This document shows, piece by piece, positions 8,032 through 17,175 of a DNA stretch of 47,232 bases (position 1 is the first letter of the stretch; each line of letters opens with the position of its first letter). The position numbers were made by a program, and so were the translations under genes. Under the pieces are notes generated by a model. It did not search any database and was not told the origin of the DNA. It was given only the letters and a program-made list of their open reading frames with translations. This stretch comes from Chthonomonadaceae bacterium (GTDB lineage: Bacteria > Armatimonadota > Chthonomonadetes > Chthonomonadales > Chthonomonadaceae). The DNA is taken from positions 1 to 47,232 of the forward strand of contig DASRGZ010000082.1 in assembly GCA_035650735.1 (NCBI GenBank). The letters are read 5' to 3'.

Positions 8032-8616
8032 TCAAGGCTGCGGATTCCAGATCACATCCGGCAGGCCGCTGCGGTGGTTGGCGGCGCGCGCCAGCACAAA
8101 TAGCAGATCGGAGAGGCGGTTGAGGTAGCGGAGGGTCTCCGGGTTCAGCGGCGGCTGGCCCGCTTCCGCCTCCGCCTGCGCCAGGGCGACGCAGCGGCGC
8201 TCCGCCCGCCGACAGATCGTGCGCGCCAGATGCAGCGCCGCCGCAAGCGGGCTGCCACCGGGTAAAATAAACTGGCGCAAGGGCGGCAGTTCCGCCTCGT
8301 AGCCATCAATCCAGGTTTCCAGTTGCGTCACGCGGTCCGACCGGACACGCTCGATGGTCACGCGCCCTTTCTGGGTTTCGCTCGTCTCCGGAGTCGCCAG
8401 GTCGGACCCGAGCGTGAAGAGGTCGTTTTGCAGGGCGGAGAGGACGCCGTCCAACTCGGCATCTGCTCCCTGCGCGCGGGCTACTCCGAGGGCCGCGTTC
8501 AGCTCATCCACGGTGCCGTAGGCTTCGACGCGCAAGTCATCCTTGCGCACGCTGATCCCGCCGAAAAGTCGGGTTATGCCGGCATCGCCGGTCCGGGTAT
8601 AGATACGTGAGGCCAT
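8032..8616 (-). CDS. ATP:cob(I)alamin adenosyltransferase, PduO/MMAB type
   Basis: IYTRTGDAG, EAYGTVDELN, FILPGG, RTICRRAER and YLNRLSDLLF motifs. Confidence 0.95.
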   Translation of the reverse strand: MASRIYTRTGDAGITRLFGGISVRKDDLRVEAYGTVDELNAALGVARAQGADAELDGVLSALQNDLFTLGSDLATPETSETQKGRVTIERVRSDRVTQLETWIDGYEAELPPLRQFILPGGSPLAAALHLARTICRRAERRCVALAQAEAEAGQPPLNPETLRYLNRLSDLLFVLARAANHRSGLPDVIWNPQP

Positions 8617-8637
8617 GGATTAGAGAAAGAGGAAGCC

Positions 8638-8854
8638 ACCTCACCCCCATCCCCTCTCCTTCTAAAGGAGAGGGAGAAGCCCTCACCCCTCTCCCGACGC
8701 TGCGGGAGAGGGGAGAGCAGAAGCTGGGGTTTGTCTCTTCCTGCGCAGGCAGAGCGTTTCGCCCACGTAGGTGGGCGACGGGCGCTCTGCGCCCCACAGC
8801 GGCAGGGTTTAGCCTGCCGCGAACAGGAGGGAGAGGGCAGGGTGAGGAGAAGGG
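8638..8854. repeat. Composite palindromic intergenic repeat
   Basis: Several CCCCTCTCC/GGAGAGGG hairpins. The 29-bp block GCCCCACAGCGGCAGGGTTTAGCCTGCCG (8791-8819) is identical to 39169-39197. Confidence 0.75.
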
Positions 8855-8866
8855 CATATACGCCGT

Positions 8867-9130
8867 CTACTTGCTGTGGAAGAAGTCGGCGTTGAGGGAG
8901 ATATAGTCCTCGTACTGCTTGGGCACGTCGCTATCGGCAAAGATGGCAGTTACGGGGCACTCCGGCTCGCACAGCCCGCAGTCAATGCACTCATCGGGAT
9001 TGATGAAGAGCATATCGTAGGTCTGGCCGTCTTTCTCTAGGATACCCTCATGGATGCAGTCCACCGGGCAGACGGTCACGCACGATTTATCTTTGACCCC
9101 GATGCAGGGCTCGGTAATTATGTAGGCCAT
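8867..9130 (-). CDS. Dicluster ferredoxin (7Fe/FdxA-like)
   Basis: YIITEPCIGVKDKSCVTVCPVDCI and CIDCGLCEPECP motifs; GAGGAGG SD. Confidence 0.93.
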   Translation of the reverse strand: MAYIITEPCIGVKDKSCVTVCPVDCIHEGILEKDGQTYDMLFINPDECIDCGLCEPECPVTAIFADSDVPKQYEDYISLNADFFHSK

Positions 9131-9414
9131 AGTGCAGGTACCTCCTCGGCGATATAGGTAGTGTTCGTTGCTTTTTGTCTGCTGTCAGGCGCAATCCTCC
9201 GTTCCATTGATGCATGCCCTGAGGAGCCCTTTTGCAGATAGAGCGATTTTTCCAGCGTTAGTATACCCCAATTGAACGCAAACCGCGTCCATTTTTGCGT
9301 AAGGAACATGCGGCAGGTTTCCCGCAAGGAAGGAGCCGGATCTTAGACCTAAGGTTCTAGGGGATTAGGGTTCTAAGTCCTTAACGCGGCAGGTTTTCCG
9401 TAAGGAGCCGAATC

Positions 9415-10212
9415 TTGGAGCCGGAAGGCGACGTTCTGGAAAAGCTGATCGATCACGACGCCCGCTACTTTACGATGGTGGCGTCTCTGGAGAAGACGCC
9501 CTGCGCCTGGTTTCTCTACGGCCCGGAGTTGCCGGAGTATGGCGACGCCAACCGCGCCCTCCGCCTGCGCGACGATGGGCGCGGCCCGGAGGCGGTGTCG
9601 CGCGAAGTCATCGCCTACTTCCGGTCGCGCGGCCTGCCGGCGGTAGCTGACGTGGACGCTGTGGCGGAGGCGCAGGGCATCGGGTCGGCGCTGCGGCGCA
9701 TGGGCATTGTGCCTGTCCTCGGCGATACCCTCTGGATGCGCTACCCGCTGCCGGAGCCGCCCAACGTCAACGCGCCCGGCGCTCGCGTTGACGTGGTTCC
9801 CAACGAGACGGGCGCCGGTGAGGCGCGCGTCTGGATCGAGACCACGCTGAGCGATGTCGAAGGGACCGAAAGTGCGGCCCTGTGGCGTGCCGTCGCCGAG
9901 CGCGAAGCGCGCTATCTAGCCTGCCGCCTCTACCTGGGTCTGCTCTCCGGGCAGCCTGCCGGGACGTGCGACCTGTTCGCGGCGGAGGGCTGGGGGCGCG
10001 TGGAGAGCGTAGCCACGCGCCCGGAGTTCCGGCGGCGCGGCGTGGCCTCGGCGGTGGTGGCGCGGGCGGTCGCCGACTCGCTTCAGATGGGCAACACCGT
10101 CACCTACCTGCTCACCGAACCGGGCGGGGCCGGCGAGCAGGTCTATCGGCGCCTGGGATTCGTCCCCTGGGGCCTCAATATCCTGCGCCGCCATCGGACA
10201 GCCCAGAGCTAA
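9415..10212 (+). CDS. GNAT-family N-acetyltransferase
   Basis: C-terminal motif A VATRPEFRRRGVA and YRRLGF. TTG start is uncertain. Confidence 0.85.
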   Translation: MEPEGDVLEKLIDHDARYFTMVASLEKTPCAWFLYGPELPEYGDANRALRLRDDGRGPEAVSREVIAYFRSRGLPAVADVDAVAEAQGIGSALRRMGIVPVLGDTLWMRYPLPEPPNVNAPGARVDVVPNETGAGEARVWIETTLSDVEGTESAALWRAVAEREARYLACRLYLGLLSGQPAGTCDLFAAEGWGRVESVATRPEFRRRGVASAVVARAVADSLQMGNTVTYLLTEPGGAGEQVYRRLGFVPWGLNILRRHRTAQS

Positions 10213-10455
10213 GCAGGCTTACGCTTAAAGCTGGACGCGCGGGACGCTGGCGCACGCGATGCAGGCGCCCAGAGCTAAGCAGGCTTACGCTTAAAGTCCA
10301 CAGCTTTCCGAGAGGTCGTTGCTACGCTCTTTGGCTTCAGGGCGACTTAGCGCAGAAAGAGATCTTGCGCTCTGGTCGCAACGACGAGCAGCAGGCGAGG
10401 GCGGAAGCCCTGCTCAGTTAGCGCAGAAAGAGGTTTTTGTGCTCTGGTCGCAACG
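10201..10455. repeat. Two pairs of direct repeats
   Basis: A 30-bp exact repeat at 10201-10230 and 10267-10296, and an imperfect ~37-bp repeat at 10347-10383 and 10418-10455. Confidence 0.8.
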
Positions 10456-10513
10456 GCCAGGCCGAACCGAGAAAAGAGGAAGAGACGCCCGTCCTGCGAA
10501 CGGCCCCTCCGGC

Positions 10514-10543
10514 TTGACAGGCCGACCGATTTTCTTCTACAAT
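10514..10543 (+). promoter_or_regulatory. Sigma70-type promoter
   Basis: TTGACA-N18-TACAAT, 49 nt upstream of ATG 10593. Confidence 0.7.
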
Positions 10544-10592
10544 GGCGCATAGACGCCAGACGATCTGGCGTGCGGGCGCACAGGAGGTAGGG

Positions 10593-11546
10593 ATGAAGCG
10601 CGTCGTCAGCATCAGCCTGGGCTCTTCGCAGCGGAACAAGAAAGTCCACGCCAGTTTCTTCGGGACCAAGTTTGAAATAGAGCGCATCGGCACGGACGGC
10701 GATAAGCAGAAGTTCCGGCAATTGGTGGCCGAGCTCGACGGCAAGGTGGACGCCTTCGGCGTGGGCGGCACCGACATCTACGTCTACGCGGGCAACCGGC
10801 GCTACGTGCTGCGCGACAGCCTGGCGCTGATGTCGGGAGCTAAACAGACACCCTATGTAGACGGCAGTGGCCTCAAGCACACGCTGGAGCGGGAGACGGT
10901 CGCCTATCTCCAGGATCAGGGCATCGTGGACTTTGCGCAGAAGAGGGTGCTGCTGGTCTGCGCGGTGGACCGCTTCGGCATGGCGGAGGCGCTGGCCTCT
11001 CGCGCCCGATCTATCGTCTTTGGCGACCTGATGTTTAACCTCGGCATTCCCATCGCGCTGCATTCGCTGGAACTCGCCAAGAAGCTAGGCTATCTGCTAT
11101 TGCCGCTGCTGGTGCGCCTGCCTATCGAATGGCTTTATCCGACGGGCGAGAAGCAGGAGCGCAACACGCCCAAGTATCAGCGCTACTTCGCCGAGGCCGA
11201 TGTGATCGCCGGGGATTTCCTGCTCATCTACAAGTATATGCCCGAAGACCTGCGCGGCAAGATCATCCTCACCAACACAACGACGGAGGCCAACGTCGAG
11301 GAGCTAAAGCGGCGCGGCGTCCACCAGTTGATTACCACCACGCCGGTCTTCGAGGGGCGCTCGTTCGGAACGAACGTGATGGAGGCGGTGCTGGTGGCGC
11401 TGCTTGGCAAGCGCCCGGAAGAGTTGACGCCGGAGGATTACCTGAGCAAACTAAAAGCGCTGGGCTGGACGCCGCAGATACGCCAGCTCAATCCCGCCAT
11501 CTGGAGCGACGATGCAGCGATTCGCCTTTGTCATTCACCCCATTGA
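10593..11546 (+). CDS. Conserved uncharacterised protein (family often labelled 'quinate 5-dehydrogenase')
   Basis: MKRVVSISLGSS, IERIGTDGD, VDGSGLK, VDRFGMA, TNTTT and GRSFGTNVMEA motifs; AGGAGG SD before ATG 10593. Confidence 0.75.
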   Translation: MKRVVSISLGSSQRNKKVHASFFGTKFEIERIGTDGDKQKFRQLVAELDGKVDAFGVGGTDIYVYAGNRRYVLRDSLALMSGAKQTPYVDGSGLKHTLERETVAYLQDQGIVDFAQKRVLLVCAVDRFGMAEALASRARSIVFGDLMFNLGIPIALHSLELAKKLGYLLLPLLVRLPIEWLYPTGEKQERNTPKYQRYFAEADVIAGDFLLIYKYMPEDLRGKIILTNTTTEANVEELKRRGVHQLITTTPVFEGRSFGTNVMEAVLVALLGKRPEELTPEDYLSKLKALGWTPQIRQLNPAIWSDDAAIRLCHSPH

Positions 11547-12669
11547 TGTCCGGCGCGACGTGGGGCGCAAATACCCCATCGCCAGATACCTCCCGGAACG
11601 CCTGATCGAATGGTATATCCGGCGGCGCGATCCGCTGGTCGTGTCGGAGGTGGTGGGCGTGCGCTCGCGCACCGGCGAGGAGGCGCACGGGTGGTTTATC
11701 GCCTGCCCGCTGACGCCGCGCCAGATGCTCTCCCTGCCGCTGGATTTCGTGTGGGAGAAGCTGGAGGCGTGCGGCCAGATCGCGAAGGAACTAGGTGCGG
11801 GCATCATGGGGCTGGGCGCCTTCACGTCGGTCGTCGGGGATGGGGGCGTCACGCTGGCAAGGCGCCTTTCCAACCTCGCCATCACGACCGGCAACTCCTA
11901 CACGGTCGCGACGGCCATTGAGGGCGCCAAGCGGGCCGGTGAGCTCATGGGCTACCATCTGCCGGACGCGCGCGTGGCGGTCGTCGGGGCGACCGGGTCC
12001 ATCGGGGCGACGTGCGCCGAGATATTGGCGCGGGAGGCGGCGGAGATCGCGCTCGTGGGCCGCGACCAGAGGCGCCTGGAGGCGCTCGCGCAGGCGCTCC
12101 AGCCGAAGAGCCGGGCCGAGGTCAACGTCTATGCCGACGTGGCGGCTGGTTTGAAGGAGGCAGATATTATTATCACGGTGACCAGTTCTGTGGATGCCGT
12201 GATCCTGCCGGAGCACATCAAGCGCGGAGCGGTGGTCTGCGATGTGGCCCGCCCACGCGACGTATCGGTGCGCGTGGCCCGTGAGCGCGACGACGTGCTG
12301 GTCATCGAGGGCGGCGTGGTGGCCGTGCCGGGCCAGATGCGCCTGCCCAGGCCGGATAAGCCCGACAGCCAGTTCAGCTTCGGCTTCCCGCCCGGCACGG
12401 CTTACGCCTGCATGTCCGAGACGATGATCCTGGCGCTGGAGGGCCGCTACGAGAACTTCACGCTGGGCAAGAGCGTCTCCGTGGCGCAAGTGGACGTGAT
12501 CTCCGGCCTGGCGGCAAAGCATGGCTTCCACCTGGCCGGCTTCCGTTCCTTCGAGCACGCGGTAGATGAGGAGACCATCGCCCGCATCCGCCGCAACGCC
12601 TTCGGCGTCGGCTCTCCGCCCGCGACCTCCCTCACCGTCGGGGGGGCGCAGCAGGAGCGCTCCGTCTGA
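11512..12669 (+). CDS. Acyl-ACP reductase-like NAD(P)-dependent oxidoreductase (COG5322-like)
   Basis: FAFVIHP N-terminus, GLGAFTSVVGDGG, TTGNSYT, Rossmann VVGATGSIG, DVARPRD and YACMSETMIL (conserved Cys). Overlaps the upstream gene by 35 nt. Confidence 0.8.
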   Translation: MQRFAFVIHPIDVRRDVGRKYPIARYLPERLIEWYIRRRDPLVVSEVVGVRSRTGEEAHGWFIACPLTPRQMLSLPLDFVWEKLEACGQIAKELGAGIMGLGAFTSVVGDGGVTLARRLSNLAITTGNSYTVATAIEGAKRAGELMGYHLPDARVAVVGATGSIGATCAEILAREAAEIALVGRDQRRLEALAQALQPKSRAEVNVYADVAAGLKEADIIITVTSSVDAVILPEHIKRGAVVCDVARPRDVSVRVARERDDVLVIEGGVVAVPGQMRLPRPDKPDSQFSFGFPPGTAYACMSETMILALEGRYENFTLGKSVSVAQVDVISGLAAKHGFHLAGFRSFEHAVDEETIARIRRNAFGVGSPPATSLTVGGAQQERSV

Positions 12670-12695
12670 TCGGCCCGAAAGCCATTCAGTTTCAG

Positions 12696-13297
12696 GTTGC
12701 GGGCGAATCCATTGAGGCCCGGTCCTACATAGATGACCGTGCTCGCTTGCTTCAAGCGCGGCCAGCCCCGTATCCTTAAGTGGCCCACTTTCCAACACGG
12801 AGGCGCCTTCTAGGATACACCAGGAGCCCCGGCTTGTCCGCCTGGCCAACGCCCCGACCCACTACCCCAACCGCCCCCCAAGCCAACCCCCGGACACCCG
12901 CTGGCCTCCCAGACGCCCCTGTGGGTCCAGGCGCTCCGGATGAGGCACGGGCGTCCCTGGCACCCGGTGGGCACCCGGCTTGCGGGCCGGCACCAACCGA
13001 CCCCGCAGAGGCAGAGGGGCCCCTGCTCCACCCCTCCGGTGCCTTTCCCGCCCTGGCCCAGAGCGTGCCCGACGGGAGCGGTGCCGGGGGCCGGTAGCGT
13101 TGGAACCTGCTTGGTCTGTGGCCGTCCCAGGGATGCGCGCGCCCGCGACAGCCCGCTCTTTTGGGCGCGCGTGTGCTCGACCCAGGGGCTTTGCTGTATG
13201 GTCAGCCACCCCCGTTGGGCCTGCGGGCAGGCTGGAAACCGTGGTTGAGAGCGGCCTAAATCCTTGAGGAGCGGGCCTCAATGCATTCGCCCGCAAC
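12696..13297. mobile_element. Putative non-autonomous element bounded by 31-bp inverted repeats
   Basis: GTTGCGGGCGAATCCATTGAGGCCCGGTCCT (12696-12726) matches the reverse complement of 13267-13297 with 2 mismatches. No credible gene inside. Confidence 0.55.
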
Positions 13298-13418
13298 AGC
13301 GCAGGAATCAGGGCGCGGCGGGGTGAAGACCAAGGAAGATAGACGCTCAAGCACTTGCGTTCTATGCTACACACTCTTTATCGCCGCCCCGAGTGAGAGG
13401 ATAATAACAGGAGAGGAA

Positions 13419-14189
13419 ATGGCTGGACTGACGCCCGACCAGATCGCCTTCTTTCAGGAAAACGGGTATCTGCTCGTCGGGGAGGTACTCACCGATGAGG
13501 AACTGGAGATACTGCGCGAGCGCGCCGAGTGGATCGCTTCGGGAGAGGCAGCGCACATTCCGAGGGAGTGCCTGCAAGTCGAGCCTCGGATCGCACGGGG
13601 CGAATTGACGGCGGACAACTTCATCCTCTCGCTGCGAAAAATATCCCATCTGGCCTGGCACGATGACGTCATGCTGGCACACGCTTGCCGACCATCAATC
13701 GCCGAGAAGATCGTGTCGCTGCTGGGCCACGATGTGAGGCTCTATCAGGACCAACTCTTCATGAAGCCGCCGCGCGTCGGCTCACGCCAGCCGTATCATC
13801 AGGATCAGCCTCTGGGGTTCTACATCGATCCCCCAGATCGGATGGTGACGTGCTGGACCGCTCTCGATGACGTCACGCTGGAGAACGGCTGCCTGCGCGT
13901 CATTCCTGGAACCCACAAAAGCGGGGTGCTGCCGCCGGAGGTGATTCAGGAATATGAGCAGAAGGCTCAGAACGGGCAACTGGACGGAGAGGTGCCGCTG
14001 GTCATGAAGGCTGGGGAGTGCAGTCTTCATCATGGGCACCTGCTGCACAGCAGTCACCCTAACCTCTCCGGCAAGCGGCGACGCGGCTATGCCACGCATT
14101 ACGTAAGCGCACGCTGCCGGTATACGGGGCCAGGACCGCGACCTTCCTTCCCCCTTGTTCGGGGCGAGGCCATTCCAGGCTGTTTATGA
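13419..14189 (+). CDS. Phytanoyl-CoA dioxygenase (PhyH) family Fe(II)/2OG oxygenase
   Basis: FFQENGYL, HQD motif, WTALDDVTLENGCLRVIPGTH and distal His (LLHSSHPN). ATG 13419 follows AGGAGAGG. Confidence 0.9.
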   Translation: MAGLTPDQIAFFQENGYLLVGEVLTDEELEILRERAEWIASGEAAHIPRECLQVEPRIARGELTADNFILSLRKISHLAWHDDVMLAHACRPSIAEKIVSLLGHDVRLYQDQLFMKPPRVGSRQPYHQDQPLGFYIDPPDRMVTCWTALDDVTLENGCLRVIPGTHKSGVLPPEVIQEYEQKAQNGQLDGEVPLVMKAGECSLHHGHLLHSSHPNLSGKRRRGYATHYVSARCRYTGPGPRPSFPLVRGEAIPGCL

Positions 14190-14295
14190 GACGGCACAGG
14201 TCGGTAGGGGCACCTGATGCCGGTAGGAACTATCCCGATCTCCACCACGAGGTGCGCTCGGCGGCTTGCGCCCGCATTTTCGCTTCTGCGACCTC

Positions 14296-14324
14296 TTGAC
14301 GGTTTGCCCCGAATTCTGTATACT
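14296..14324 (+). promoter_or_regulatory. Sigma70-type promoter of mutS
   Basis: TTGACG-N17-TATACT ending 8 nt before the ATG. Confidence 0.75.
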
Positions 14325-14332
14325 TCCTCATC

Positions 14333-17017
14333 ATGGCAGACACGACTTCCACCACTCCTTCCGGGCGTCCGATTCCTACGTCGGTACCTCCTGGCTACGA
14401 AGGCAACACGCCGCTGCTCAAGCTCTACTTCGCTACGCGCAACGAACACCCCGGCATAATCCTGCTGATGCGCGTGGGCGACTTCTTTGAAGCCTACGGC
14501 GACGATGCCGAAACCATTGCCCGCGATCTCCACCTCACCCTGACCGGGCGCGAGGACGGCGGCGTGCGCGTGCCGATGGCGGGCGTGCCACACCATGCCT
14601 GCGAGCGCTACGTCGCACGTCTGATCGCTAAAGGGCGGCGCGTCGCCATCATGGATCAGATCGAGGACCCCAAGTACGCTAAGGGACTGGTCAAGCGTAA
14701 GGTCACGCGCGTGGTCACGCCGGGCACCGTCCTGGAAGACAACATGCTCGACGCCAAGAGCAACAACTACCTGGTCGCCGCCGTCGTGGGCGAGCCGGTG
14801 GCGGGCCTGGGCGTCGTGGACGTCTCCACGGGCGAGTTTCTGACGACCGAGATCGAGGGCGAGCGGCGCGTGGAGAAGTTGCTGGACGAGATCACGCGGC
14901 TGGAGCCGGCGGAGATTCTGATTCCGGAGGACGTTTCCGAGGAGTTTATCGAGGCTCTGCGCGCCTCCTGCGCCGCCACCCTCACGCCCTTCGCGCCGCG
15001 CGAGGGGATGCACGGCCACCGGGCGCGCAACAGCCGGGAAGTGCTGCTGGCGCACTTTAAGACGCAGTCGCTGCGCGGCTTCGGCTGCGAGGAGTACACG
15101 GCGGGCCTGGACGCCTGCGCGCTGGTGCTGGGCTACCTGCAAGAGACGCAGGTGAACGCCCTGCCCCACATCCGCACCCTCAGCACCTACGCTACGCACG
15201 AATTTATGGTGCTGGACGGCCCCGCGCGCCGCAATCTGGAGCTGACGAGCGCGTTGGGCGAGGGTGGCAAGAGCCGCACGCTGCTGGGCGTCCTCGACGA
15301 GACCCTGACGCCGATGGGCGGGCGCCTGCTGCGCCGCTGGCTGGAGGAGCCGCTGCTGGATGTGGGCCGCATTCAGAGACGGCATGAGGCCGTGGAGGAA
15401 TTGGCGCAGGACCTAATCCGGCGCGGCGACCTGCGCGACCTGCTGCGCGGCATGGGCGACATGGAGCGGCTGGTCAGCCGGGCGGCGGCGGGACTGGCGA
15501 ACGCCCGCGACCTGGTGGCCCTCAAGAGCGCGCTGCTGCGCCTGCCGGAACTGGCCGCCGCGCTCTCCGGCGTCCGCTCCGAGCAGCTTAACGACCTGGC
15601 GCGGCGGATGGCCTGCCCGCCCGACATCGCCGAGCGCATCGCCTGTGCTATTACGGATGACCCGCCCGCAGGCTTACGGGAGGGCGGCCTGATCCGCCCC
15701 GGCTACAACGCGGAACTGGATAAGCTGCTCACCGCCTCCGCCGACGCCAAAACCTGGATCGCCAACCTGGAGGCGTCGGAGCGGGAGCGCACCGGCATCG
15801 CCTCGCTCAAGGTCGGCTACAACGCCGTCTTTGGCTACTATATCGAGGTGACGAAAGCCAACCTGAGCAAGGTGCCCGCCAACTATATCCGCAAGCAGAC
15901 GACAGCGGGCGGCGAGCGCTACATCACACCGGAGCTAAAGGAGTACGAGGCGTTGGTGCTGGGCGCCGACGAGAAGGCGGTCGAGCTGGAGTATGAGCTA
16001 TTCCTGGGCGTGCGGGAGCGGGTGGCGGAGGCGTCCGGCGAGGTGCTGGCGGTAGCGCGGGCCGTGGCGGAACTGGATGTGCTGGCCGGGTTCGCCGAAA
16101 CCGCCGTCCGCAGCCACTATGCGCGTCCGGTCGTCAACGAGGAGGACCTAATCGCGATCCAGGGCGGGCGGCACCCGGTCATCGAGCGCATTCAAGCGGA
16201 GACGCCCTATATCCCCAACGACTGCCGCCTCGACGCCGACTGCCGGATGGCCATCATCACCGGCCCGAACATGAGCGGCAAATCCTCCTACCTGCGGCAG
16301 GTGGCGATCATCACGCTGCTGGCCCAGATCGGTTCCTTCGTTCCGGCAGACAGCGCGACTATCGGCGTGGTGGATCGCATCTTTACGCGCGTCGGCGCCC
16401 ACGATGAGCTGACCAGCGGCCAATCCACTTTCATGGTGGAGATGAACGAGACCGCCAATATCCTCAACAACGCCACGCCGCGCAGCCTGGTCATCCTGGA
16501 CGAGATCGGGCGGGGCACCAGCACCTACGACGGTCTCTCCATCGCCTGGGCCGTCGCGGAGTATCTGACGCGCGTGGGCTGCAAGACGCTCTTCGCCACG
16601 CACTACCACTATTTGAACGAGCTTGCCAAGCACTTCCCGACCGTCCACAACTTCCGCGTGGCGGTCAAGGAGCAGGGCGACCATATTGTCTGGCTGCGTA
16701 AGCTGGTGCCCGGCGGCACCGACCGCAGCTACGGCATCCAGGTAGCGCGGATGGCGGGCGTGCCCGCAGAGGTGCTGGATCGGGCCAGGGAAGTGCTCAA
16801 GAGCCTGGAGCGCGGCGGCGCGGGCGCGGCGCGAGATCTGATTACCGGCGCTGAGGATGTGGCTCCACGCAGGCAGAAGGTGCAGTTGACCCTGTTTGAG
16901 GCGGAGAAGCATCCCATTCTGGAGGATCTGGAGACCCTGGACGTCACCGCCATGACGCCCATTGAGGCCCTGATGAAACTCGACGCTTGGAAGCGTATGC
17001 TGCGCCAGCCCTCATGA
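14333..17017 (+). CDS. mutS: DNA mismatch repair protein MutS
   Basis: GDFFE mismatch-binding motif, Walker A GPNMSGKS, STFMVEM, DEIGRGT, ATHYH and SYGIQVA. Confidence 0.98.
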   Translation: MADTTSTTPSGRPIPTSVPPGYEGNTPLLKLYFATRNEHPGIILLMRVGDFFEAYGDDAETIARDLHLTLTGREDGGVRVPMAGVPHHACERYVARLIAKGRRVAIMDQIEDPKYAKGLVKRKVTRVVTPGTVLEDNMLDAKSNNYLVAAVVGEPVAGLGVVDVSTGEFLTTEIEGERRVEKLLDEITRLEPAEILIPEDVSEEFIEALRASCAATLTPFAPREGMHGHRARNSREVLLAHFKTQSLRGFGCEEYTAGLDACALVLGYLQETQVNALPHIRTLSTYATHEFMVLDGPARRNLELTSALGEGGKSRTLLGVLDETLTPMGGRLLRRWLEEPLLDVGRIQRRHEAVEELAQDLIRRGDLRDLLRGMGDMERLVSRAAAGLANARDLVALKSALLRLPELAAALSGVRSEQLNDLARRMACPPDIAERIACAITDDPPAGLREGGLIRPGYNAELDKLLTASADAKTWIANLEASERERTGIASLKVGYNAVFGYYIEVTKANLSKVPANYIRKQTTAGGERYITPELKEYEALVLGADEKAVELEYELFLGVRERVAEASGEVLAVARAVAELDVLAGFAETAVRSHYARPVVNEEDLIAIQGGRHPVIERIQAETPYIPNDCRLDADCRMAIITGPNMSGKSSYLRQVAIITLLAQIGSFVPADSATIGVVDRIFTRVGAHDELTSGQSTFMVEMNETANILNNATPRSLVILDEIGRGTSTYDGLSIAWAVAEYLTRVGCKTLFATHYHYLNELAKHFPTVHNFRVAVKEQGDHIVWLRKLVPGGTDRSYGIQVARMAGVPAEVLDRAREVLKSLERGGAGAARDLITGAEDVAPRRQKVQLTLFEAEKHPILEDLETLDVTAMTPIEALMKLDAWKRMLRQPS

Positions 17018-17175
17018 TCGCCTCTATCGCTGTTATCTCAATTTTGGGGTAGGGAAAGGACTCTTGGGCCTTGGGCGCGAATGTGTAAGCATCGTAAGTT
17101 TATGGGCAGGAGCGTTTCGGCGAGGGATTGCCAGGCGGAAGGCGTTTAGATTGAAAAGAGATCAGGAGAGGGAAT

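Noticed and set aside
10201..10296. CRISPR array
   Set aside because: Only two repeat copies, the first overlapping a gene end, and no cas genes or leader in the window; kept only as a direct repeat.
12780..13374. Pro/Gly/Arg-rich ORFs inside the TIR-bounded element
   Set aside because: No SD, low-complexity composition and no transposase motifs.
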